DNA of 21,062 nucleotides, from the NCBI GenBank assembly GCA_900617105.1, contig UYFQ01000511.1:62001-83062 (forward strand), written 5' to 3'. Below are positions 1-9,396 of this stretch, in pieces. The first letter of the stretch is position 1. Every line of letters starts with the position of its first letter. Made by a program: the position numbers and the translations under genes. Source of the DNA: Hydrurus foetidus. Lineage: Eukaryota. Below the pieces are notes generated by a model, which saw only the letters and a program-made list of their open reading frames with translations, had not been told where the DNA came from and made no database searches.

Positions 1-534
1 CTATTTTTTATGTTTCGCCGGCAATTACTGCACATTCAATGTCTGATTGCTCTCTGCTATACAACGGCCATGCAAACTGAATCGAATACATATAGAGGCT
101 TATGTTGAATAGAATATGTATAAAGTCTTATGTTTTATTGATTGTCTAAGTTGATTTCGGACCCATATCACTGCACAGCAAAAAACGCCACACGGACAGC
201 TTTTCATGTTTCTTTTCACAGACGATGCCACCTCTGATGACGCCACAGATCAAGTATTCTGATTTCTTTTTAGTAATCTAATGCGGCAAGAAGGCCTCGT
301 CGACCTGGAAAATAAAACGTTTTCGACAATATAAATAAGTCTGTCCTGTTTGAGCGGCCCTACAGGAGGTGATATTATCATCACCTAAGAGATCATCCCC
401 ATAGGGATCATAGTAGGCTTGCCGACTATTCTCGGCTCTCGGCTCTCTGGTCTAAACTCTAACCGCTCTCTTGGGCTTCTACCTCCAGCTGAGAAATATC
501 ATATAATGACCAAACCTTTTATGACTGTTGTGTC

Positions 535-1185
535 ATGAACCCCAGAACTATTGGCAGATTTGGCGCGCAAGAAATCTCTACTTTGAGACAGAAATGCCTC
601 CTATATCCGAGTCAGATTATTCCAATGTCGGGCGATATTCCGAAGATTGATTTGTCGGCGACAAGAAAAAGGGCCGCCGTACTCATACCACTTTGCAATT
701 TCAAAGGCTCATTGTCTGTAATATTTACTCTCAGATCAGCTACAGTTGGAACGCACAGAAGCCAGGTGTCCTTTCCAGGTGGGCACATCAATGAAGGAGA
801 ATCAGATGTTGAAGCAGCGATTCGTGAGACACGCGAGGAATTAGGCGCGAATGTTGGTCGAATTGAGATCCTAGGACAATGCCAACTTGTTCATGCCACT
901 ACTGGGACGACTGTTACACCCGTATTGGGTTTTCTGTGTGAGGAATTCACGGACTACAGTTTATTTGAACCAAATGCGAGTGAAGTAGACAGAGTATTCA
1001 TACGATCTTTAGATCAGTTAATGGATCCATCGTATAACACTACTGAGCAATACCAACGCAACGGAAAGACCACAACTCTGCCTGTATTCGGACCAAACGA
1101 AGGAGTTGAAAGAATATGGGGACTGACTGCATTTATTCTGAAAGGGGTTCTACGTCACATTCTAATGGACTTCCCAAAAACTTGA
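535..1185 (+). CDS. Nudix hydrolase, CoA diphosphatase subfamily (NUDT7/NUDT8/PCD1-like), single exon, 216 aa
   Basis: Nudix box GHINEGESDVEAAIRETREELG fits Gx5Ex7RExxEExG. It is preceded by AAVLIPL and the NuCoA-type motif FTLRSATVGTHRSQVSFPGG, and followed by VTPVLG, PNASEVDRVF and RIWGLTAFIL, typical of CoA pyrophosphatases. Upstream ATGs at 507 and 521 are out of frame. Confidence 0.92.
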   Translation: MNPRTIGRFGAQEISTLRQKCLLYPSQIIPMSGDIPKIDLSATRKRAAVLIPLCNFKGSLSVIFTLRSATVGTHRSQVSFPGGHINEGESDVEAAIRETREELGANVGRIEILGQCQLVHATTGTTVTPVLGFLCEEFTDYSLFEPNASEVDRVFIRSLDQLMDPSYNTTEQYQRNGKTTTLPVFGPNEGVERIWGLTAFILKGVLRHILMDFPKT

Positions 1186-1657
1186 GACGTACTAGTGTTC
1201 TCATTAACGACCAGTTGACTTTTATTCAAGTTGCGCCGGACCTCAGCATCTGTTTGACGGTAGTTTCGACCTCACTTCTCTCCGGGATAAGATGAGATGG
1301 ACGAAAGTCAAGCCATCTTTTCTTTTCCCTTTTCTAATTTATCGTCTAATTGAGGATCCTTACTCGGGTACTGTCATTACATCGACAAAAGCACATCAGT
1401 CTACAGCTCTTCAGAAAGTGTTCAATGTAACCACATATTCTAGTCATGGTCACAGAGGAAGACCTTTCAGGAGTAGCGATCAGGGTATAAGCCACCACTG
1501 AGCTGTACCGCTCAGTATCGCTTTGCGCTGGACTAAACTGCATTAAAGAGATCAAAGTTGCTCAGAATAGCGATGCAGTTTGTTACATTACAGAGTCCCG
1601 CACTAAATACATTGGAGAACTCAAATAACGAATTCTGCCACATTTATTCTTTATTCT

Positions 1658-4600
1658 CTATCTAGCACCGAAACCGCCCCCACCTCCTCGAGATGGTTTC
1701 ACTTTTCTATCTTTCTTTTCTTGTGCCTGTTTGGCCTTGAGGGTCTGCATTGGTGCATTTGGATCTGCCTCCATCGCGTTCATATCCATGCCCTGAAGGG
1801 GAGATTTCAAGGAGCATCAAATTGATATCATGAAACCATAAAATAATGCTCATTATATTGCTTAATAAGATATATTCACGTAAGCAATAATAAAATGCTT
1901 CAGTAAGATGTGATTTATTGGTAACAATCAGGTACCTTCAAGTTCTTCATCATCATTTTTCTCATTCCGCTGAACTCTTGGATGAAAGCGTCAATCTAGG
2001 GAAAAGAAATGCTGGCGAATTAGATGGGTGTGGAGTTGGGGTAATACGAGAGGAGCTGAGTAACTAATTTCACTACGACACTTCGAATGAAAAACAATCT
2101 TGCGAGTGCACAAGAATTCTAGGGACCGTATAGATCATGCGCAGCATAACAACGAAACACAACCAGTGAGAATCACGAGTTTTTCCATAGTCCTTAAACG
2201 GATTAATGCCATCGTCAACGGGACGTATTGAAGTATTGTGTACTCAATAATTGTGCATCACTGTTATGCCAGAGATGATTCATAACGTTATGGGAGCATC
2301 AAGGGGAATAGAAGCCCCGTATCACTACAGGAACAAATCGGAATATTTCAGATGAAATGCGTACGTACTTCTCTGACGTCAGTTTCGGCTCTCTTTCCAA
2401 GGTCTTCCCTTCGAAGCTGCGACTCGCGCATCAACTCCTTCTTACCACCCTGAGTAAATTGATAGAAAATGAATGAGATCAAAGGGAATGAAATGGAATA
2501 TACAGAGTAGAAATACAATTTTAATTGGGATTGAGAAAAGAGAATGGAACGTACAGGAGTACAGACAGAGCAATTTAATCACTGGTAGTGCACGTAGTAG
2601 TGATTGCTAACACACACTTCCATCCAGACGCAGATGTAATACCAATCAGTCACATAACATCGATATGATGCTTCAGCTATTATGATGTAGACTGAGCTGA
2701 AATAGCGTTCTCAACTCTTTGGACGAACAGCACAGTGTAGTGCAATACGGTACGGTGCAATACAGTGCAGTGCAGTACAGTAGTGAGTGACATACCTGTC
2801 TGGCGAGAAGATCTGGGACTGTGCGTTCCTCCTCTGTCATGCAAGCGATGATGGCTTCCGCTTTCTTGATTCTCTTCTCCAGCCGGAACATGTCCTCGTC
2901 ACTCACCTTACCGGACATTCCTGGAGTGAAATGTAGAACGTTAGTGGCGAATAGGAGTGATTAAAAAGGTAGTGCAATGTCATGCGACAAAAAAGGTCTG
3001 GATAGTTACACAACATGATGCCACTCTAGAGATAGGTCGTCTGTCCATTTTGTAGCTGCCGTACAGAATCAAATCAATGGAGGCTTGTCAAAATGCTTGA
3101 GTAAGTCACATGACTTCACTACATACGCACCTGGAATCATTTTAATCATACTCTGCATGCCACCCATTTTCTTCACGGATTGGACTTGCAGTAAATAGTC
3201 GTCAAAGTCGAAATCTCCGGTCTGCATCTTACGGCCAAGTTTACTCGTCTTCTCAAGATCCAATGCTCCCTATGGGGATGAAAAAGACAGGTGCAGAAAT
3301 AAACAAAAATTCAAATTACAGTTCAAAAGTGTCAGCTTAAAGATTGTCAGATTAAAGGGAGTCTGATAAATTTCCACAGCCAAAAAAGGGGTTAAATTCA
3401 GTAGCAAGTTAAACAAAACAATGCGTACATTCCTCGTAATTTCCACTTCACATTTTAAAATAAGATCTCGACCTAACTCCAAATAAAGCAACGGAACATT
3501 CTCAGCAAGATAATGAGCTTACTTGCGCTTTTTCTAGGAATGTCGCAATGTCTCCCATTCCTAGGATTCTGCTCGCCATACGGTCCGGATAGAAGGGTTC
3601 AAGGTCCTCCATCCCTTTGGGGAAATAGTTACATCGAATGAATCAAATTACTTAGTTTTTGTGAGGCATATATACAAGGGTATTAAGTGGTGATATACAG
3701 CCCATGGTATTTGTCCTTGAAGACTTCCAGTCAAATATGATAAGTCCAACAATCATCTCTATCTTTATTTTCATCTTTACCTTCTCCCACACCCACGAAC
3801 TTAATGGGTTTCCCTGAGACAGCGCGTACACTGAGTGCTGATCCGCCTCTTGTGTCACCGTCCATTTTAGTCAAGATTGCACCGGTGATGCCGATGTCTT
3901 CATTGAATCTGTGAGACGGTGAGGAGATTGATTGGCATGAGTGATGAAGTGCACCTTTTACTTCTTATAAGATCATTTCATGGGACATATAGAGCGCAGC
4001 AAATTATGTTGAACTTCTGTGAGGGAAGTCCAGTGATATCCTTTCAATAAAATTGACCCGTAACCGTTAATCTGTCATATTTTTCTCAAGTGGGAGGTGG
4101 GTAGTATGCGATGCGTAATGTTGTGTACTACCTTACCAGTAGTCTGTTTTATTTCTAATGACAACTTCGTAATACATTTATCATTTATTACCATATTGCC
4201 TTCATCCATTTTATCCATCATAAGTGTATTGTCATGAATCAGTTGAAGCGACGTACATGACATACGTACTTTGCTGTAAGAGTAGCTGCCTCCTGACCGG
4301 TCATCGCGTCCACCACAAGAAGGGTTTCATCCGGATTGATCGCAGCTTTTATCTGCTTCAATTCGTCCATAAGGTTCTCATCAACAACCTGACGACCGGC
4401 TGTATCAACGATAACAGTGTCGTAGCCCTCTGCTATGGCTTTAGCAAGTGCTCTTCTGCATATTTGAACTGGACTGACTCCTTGTCCTTCCGAATAAACT
4501 TCAACAAATTCTCCCAGACGAGACCCCAAAGTCTGCAACTGCTCAATAGCAGCAGGACGATAAATATCTGCGGCAACTAAAAGTATTTTTTTCGAATAAC

Positions 4601-5184
4601 TTTGTCTCAGAGCCCAGCTTGCCAGTTTTGCAACAGCTGTTGTTTTACCAGCACCCTGAAGACCAGCCATCAAGATCACATTTGGTCTTCCATCTGATCT
4701 CTTAATCAATGGTATTTGCGACTGACCCATGATATCAACAAGTTCAGCAGCGAGGAGCGATATGAACTGTTCTCCAGGTTTCTGACCTGCTTCAACTTTC
4801 ATTCCCAGTGCTCTATCTTTCACTTTAGCAATCAAAGAGTTTGCTACTTGCAGATTGACGTCTGCATCAATGAGAATTGTTTTGACTTCCTACGAAGAAA
4901 GCAAATTCGACCTATGATCAGCCTGTATTGTAAGTGAGTGATGATCATGCCAAAGTTACCTTTAAAGTGTCTTCAATGTTTGCCTCAGTAACTTTTTGCT
5001 GTCCCGATATGAACTCTACTAAACCTCCGAGTTTCTCAGAAATACCCCCAAAAGTCATGGTGAGTCTTGTCTGTGGTCGAAGAGGAGAGGACAGCGATGA
5101 TCGACGACTGTTTCTGACATTGAAAGCAATATGAAGCTGTGGCAACAATAGAGCGAGGAAGAAAGCGAAGTAAAACGCCATCAT
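1658..5184 (-). CDS. cpSRP54: Plastid signal recognition particle 54 kDa protein (cpSRP54/Ffh), 9 exons, ~534 aa, with bipartite plastid-targeting presequence
   Basis: Exons 5184-4960, 4889-4270, 3908-3781, 3614-3523, 3269-3131, 2920-2796, 2449-2369, 1995-1936, 1792-1658. All introns are GT-AG with consistent phases; total 1605 nt. SRP GTPase motifs [57 protein letters not shown]-domain FDFDDYL..KKMGG..KMIPG; C-terminal GFG. N-terminus [20 protein letters not shown]^[13 protein letters not shown] reads as a signal peptide plus S/R-rich transit peptide. Confidence 0.95.
2731..2786. repeat. Degenerate pentanucleotide microsatellite (CAGTR/CGGTR/CAATA)n in cpSRP54 intron 6
   Basis: cacagtgtagtgcaatacggtacggtgcaatacagtgcagtgcagtacagtagtg, about 10 imperfect 5-bp units just inside the intron donor. 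Confidence 0.6.
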
Positions 5185-6080
5185 CGTCCGAAATTAAGCT
5201 CAATCTGAGCTCGTCTACAGTGACTGTTGTTTGAGCTATCGTGGCTGTCTGTGGCCTATGGTGCTGTAGTTACTGTAGGGTTGATGAAGCCGTCGTAAGC
5301 ACTCGTCATCCGTCAGCACAGTCTCCGCACCGGAGTCCACTGTCACCTGCTGTCACAGTCTTCAATTCAAGTCCTGCTCGTACGTACGTTGGTTCCGTTC
5401 TGTACTTCAGTTTGTTTTCTGCTTAATGATGTGTGATGTGATGAGCCGCGGTGGTCTATTGTAATCTCTACTTCCGGTACACTATCATCACTCTGCTCCA
5501 TTTTGGATTGTACAGAGTACGGAGTAATTAATGGAGGAACGACAGTGTTGCATTTGCTGACATTCCTATTGAGTTGTGATTGACTTGGCCTTGGACAAGT
5601 TTCAATGCGAGTCATTTGTCAGATATTCGGGTGGTTCATGTTTTCCATTAATGTTTATCCAACCGTCAAAATTACATTCCAATTTGGCGATTTTCAACGC
5701 ACCTCGTAAGTATCAGAGTAACGAATATTAAAAAGTAGAAATTCATGTTCGTGCTTGGATTAATTGCTTTCCCACTTAGATAAGGAGAGGCAGAGAATTT
5801 TATCCCTTGCCATCGCGAGAAGTTTACTGCATTGGGGAGCAGCGATGTCGTGGGTTTGCCCACAGAACCATTAGTGCCAACTCAAAGCAACAAATTGAGT
5901 TGCGCGTAGAACAGATCCAAATGATTTCAATTTAACAATATACGAAGTAGGCACAATAGACAGTCGTTGGTGAACCAAGTGCGTGTTCTTCTATTGAGTA
6001 ACGCGTCTCGACATGGGAATTTAAGATGAGTGCAAAGATAGAGAAGTGACAGCCAAAATTTGGAGAACAATAACATCAAA

Positions 6081-6927
6081 TTAGGAAAAAATGTATTTTA
6101 TCAGATTCTTCGTCTCTATTGCGATGGTCCCAGCGATTTTCGTGGCATTATTCGTGATTGCAACAGAGCTTCTAGGAATGAAAAGTTAAAATGACGACAA
6201 AAAAATATCGTGGTGAGGATAGTGAAGATTCTTTTAATGAGCTGAAAGACAAACTGAAAATTAGTTACCCATACACAAGTTCTGGTAGTAAACCAGTGAA
6301 TTAAATTAAGCCGGTTGTCACCTGTAGCACTTCCCTGGGAATTCTGGTCGAGTTGCTTTGTAACAGATAGTTTTCATAGTTTTTATCTCAAAATGTATTC
6401 CTTTTATCACCAAATCTCCGAAACCTGATGCTAATAATGATGCTTGTTCCAAATAAGTATGCGGAGTGAAGTCTCCATGGGACACTGCCTTTTGTGCACG
6501 ATCAGGCTGGTCGTTATCTGGACTGACGGGTGCCAAAGCTTTACTATAAGTTAAGCCATAAATACCCAATGGGGCGCAACCCGTGCGATCCATCCGACGT
6601 GTTGACATCGTTTGACCTTGTGCAATTAGAATGAGGGCGGTGCAGTAAGCCAGATTACAAGAGGTAAATAACCTGAACTTGTTGATAATCGCGCAGATTG
6701 GACTTACCTACAGCGATCTGCCATTCGAAGTCTTTCTCGACCCCTCGTTCAAAATCTTTTAAGTTCTTCGGCTCTACGGTATTGGGCAGCTTGCTCCTAT
6801 GACCGAAGCACCAATGAATTTTTTTCTTTTCTCGCATGTATTGACTCATATATGTTATTCCGATACAGGATCTGCACACTTCATCGCCAGGGACGTAGTC
6901 CTCAGGCTTATTAGAATCCTTTCGCAT
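6081..6927 (-). CDS. Uncharacterised Cys-motif protein, paralog A, 3 exons, ~201 aa
   Basis: Exons 6927-6708, 6616-6322, 6171-6081 (donors GTAAGT and GTGACA; phases 1 and 2 consistent; 606 nt). Protein: ...DYVPGDEVCRSCIGITY...CFGHRS...DFEWQIAVG/QTMSTRRMDRTGCAPLGIYGL...EFPGKCYR/SSVAITNNATKIAGTIAIETKNLIKYIFS*. Clear similarity to the gene at 9397-9897. Confidence 0.8.
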
Positions 6928-7153
6928 TCTTATCTCAGTGGTCTAGACCTAGATTTGACAGTTGAAAGGATTAGATCACTCTCTTTTTCGACACCTCAAT
7001 ATCTACTTTTTAAAATGGTAATGACGTAGATTCTCCATCGATGACAGCTCAGAACTGAGCAAATGTCGACCAATCGTATTCGGTATTCAGTATTCAGGTG
7101 AACATATACAGAGTTGAATTTTATTACAGTACAGATTATTTTTTTTATCCCGT

Positions 7154-7696
7154 TACCGTCGAGTGCCCTTTGTTTGCGCTCAATTGTGGTATTACGATTC
7201 CGGAATAAAATGAACCCCAAATATTTTAGAATTCGCTGGAGCGCCACTCCCCACACCATACTAATTTCTTGTTTTTGATGATTTAGTATGGTGTGGGGAG
7301 TGGCGCCCCAGCGAATTCTAAAATATTTGGCTTTTCGGAAGGGTTCATTTTATTCCGGAATCGTAATATTACGGTTTTTTATTTTCTTCGATATCAGCCA
7401 AAATATGATCATTTTTGCACGTTTCAAGAGTAGCAGTGAAGCGCAACTCAACTTTCTTCGAGAATCGTCAACTTTGGGATATGTGAGACATTATGATCTT
7501 GATAGATCTTGTAACTGATCTTTGGCTCAGCAGCTATTCGAGTTCAAAATCGTCCATTTTGGAGCGAAAACAGTGATATTGAAAGAGGTCAAAATTTCCC
7601 ACATGAAAACGGGGAGAAACTTTTCCGTGATTTTAATTGTATTTCCGATAAATCCTAATACCACATTTGAGCGCAAACAAAGGGCACTCGACGGTA
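7154..7696. mobile_element. Fold-back / MITE-like element with long imperfect inverted arms and TA-CCGT...ACGG-TA termini
   Basis: 7154-7264 is the reverse complement of 7283-7330 + 7341-7368 + 7661-7696, with 2 mismatches. The right arm has an extra ~11 bp and an extra 292 bp (7369-7660) bounded by a TAATA direct repeat. There is an 18-nt spacer at 7265-7282. Outer ends TACCGTCGAGTGCCCTTTGTTTGCGCTCAA / TTGAGCGCAAACAAAGGGCACTCGACGGTA are compatible with a Tc1/mariner-pogo TA target site. No transposase. Confidence 0.7.
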
Positions 7697-7747
7697 CCGT
7701 ACGGTAAAGATTTTTTTTTATCCCGTCATACTAACTTACGGTTGGTA

Positions 7748-8548
7748 TAGAGTGGTTTACCTTTATAAGCACACCTGATTTCAAAAAATTCTAGGACCCT
7801 GAGGTTTTAGCACACTCTAATTCTGAGTACGTTTTTGAACTCGTCTGTGTCTGTAGAAAAATGTAGGCTATTTTTATTTTTCTGATGACTGGAAAGGCTT
7901 CAAACCAGGGGGGTCTAAATGTTGGGTGCTACCCCTGTGCTTAAATAGAATTAATTAGCTGAAATACACGGAAATGAGTCAAAATCCGTATTCAAATAAC
8001 CGTTGACGAGTTTCCTTATACGGTAATTTAACGGGATCCGGCTAAATTTTCTCGTTTACGGTCAAATATTTTATCGTAAACAGTTAGATACGGCCACACC
8101 TTGGTGCACTGTAAGCTGCTGAACATGAGGTATGGGGCATTGACAAGAACCAGAATTGTTCAGCAACTATTGTTCATCAGAACAAGCGGATTATTTGATA
8201 TCAGTACTCGCTTCAAAAGCTGCTGTTCTTGCACCGATTGTGGAGGTTGCACCGAGTGAGGAGGTCGAGAGTCCATTAGCAACTGAAGAGTCGACAATTG
8301 ATAGCAGGCTGTTCGAGTCTTGGGAAGAACTCGATAACTACTTGCACAGCCATTACGGCTACGGCGCCGAAATTGTCATTATTGACTTATATGGGCCCTA
8401 TGAACCCTATATACACGATAACATAAGGCGTATACGGAATACAGATATTTCAAGTACGGAATACAGATTTTGATACTTAAATCCGTATTCCCAGGAAATT
8501 TAGTGTGCTCTTAATTGAAATTTAAGAAACAATAGGTAAACCACTCTA
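7748..8548. mobile_element. Non-autonomous DNA element with perfect 15-bp inverted repeats and subterminal repeats; may extend to the hairpin ending at 8610
   Basis: TAGAGTGGTTTACCT (7748-7762) and AGGTAAACCACTCTA (8534-8548). AGCACAC/GTGTGCT motifs occur near both ends, AAATCCGTATTC at 7982 and 8479, and tandem TACGGAATACAGAT at 8433 and 8455. Only a 3-bp GTA (or TA) duplication flanks it. Confidence 0.65.
8156..8473 (+). pseudogene. ATG-less 105-codon open frame inside the inverted-repeat element; possible transposase or captured-gene remnant
   Basis: The frame is closed upstream by TGA at 8141-8143 and starts with TTG. Composition is protein-like (RLFESWEELDNYLHSHYG). The 3' end runs into the element's subterminal repeats. 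Confidence 0.3.
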
Positions 8549-9396
8549 GTATATTCCTCCTATTGGTGCCACGTACTGTACGCAAGGGTCCTTACCCCTT
8601 GCTGTGCAGTCCTACCATTTATTCTTGTGAAGTACTTTGTATCTTGCATTTCGAGTCCTTGATTCATTGTCTAACTTCTGCTCTACTTTTCAAGAAAGAA
8701 CTCAGATTATGATGTTTGTCATAAGGTAATGGTTACATCTATAGATGTCGGTGGTGCCGTCGAGCATGTTCTGCCGGCTGTTCGATAGCAACGAGTTTCG
8801 TAGACGATCTTTCAACGATTGTTCATTCTTGCATCAGCAAATCAAAATGTTTGCAAGGCATCTTTGCATCATCGTTTTTTGAGGCTTCCGATGCACAGAA
8901 TGTTTCAAAAGATATTGAAATAGGTATTTCTTGGAAAGCTGATTTCTGAATAGCATTGAAAACAAATTAATATCGAATTAATAGGCTATTTCATCGCTCA
9001 CGGACATTTGGCACTTCGAATGATTGAGTTCGCTGCCTTCACTAATGTTTACAGTCAATCGGCTTTTCTATCTATGATATGAGCTGGATCCGGAGGATGT
9101 AGACTGGAAATCTTACTACTTATTTCAGAGAGCTCAAAATATCAACATCGACAATTTGAAACTTGATGTGAATTCCTCAAGGGCACGATCAGAGTACAGG
9201 AATAAGCTACAATTCGCATTTGCCATCTTGATCCAGTGATGTCCGAAGTAATTGGCTGCTTCTCTGCGGTGAGTTTTATTCAAATCGGTAAACCCCACAA
9301 AGTTTCATCAATTGTTTATATCTCTTCAGCAAACTCCATCAATACTGATGGGACGAATGCAGCTTCTTCTTCAGCCCAAGAATATGACTTTGTGTT

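Noticed and set aside
367..428. Three short adjacent hairpins upstream of the Nudix gene
   Set aside because: Stems of only 5-7 bp and no recognisable RNA family motif.
486..545. GCTGAGAAATA upstream of the Nudix gene, reminiscent of a TPP riboswitch
   Set aside because: The required downstream CCTGA...AAT...GCGNAGG elements are absent.
393..3281. 15-bp inverted match between 393-407 and 3267-3281 (TCATCCCCATAGGGA)
   Set aside because: One such match is close to chance expectation in 21 kb, and it does not extend.
1996..4269. Intronic snoRNAs or RNase MRP in the longer cpSRP54 introns
   Set aside because: No paired C/D boxes with terminal stems were found, and ACGGGGCTT in intron 7 has no matching P4 partner.
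5241..5863. Short ORFs 5241-5426, 5367-5615 and 5672-5863
   Set aside because: No motifs and no coherent splice model; cannot be supported as genes.
6996..7518. Divergent ORFs 6996-7259(-) and 7288-7518(+), both starting MVWGVAxQRILKYL, and 7522-7707 ending ERKQRALDG
   Set aside because: Their similarity is a by-product of the DNA palindrome; no recognisable protein features.
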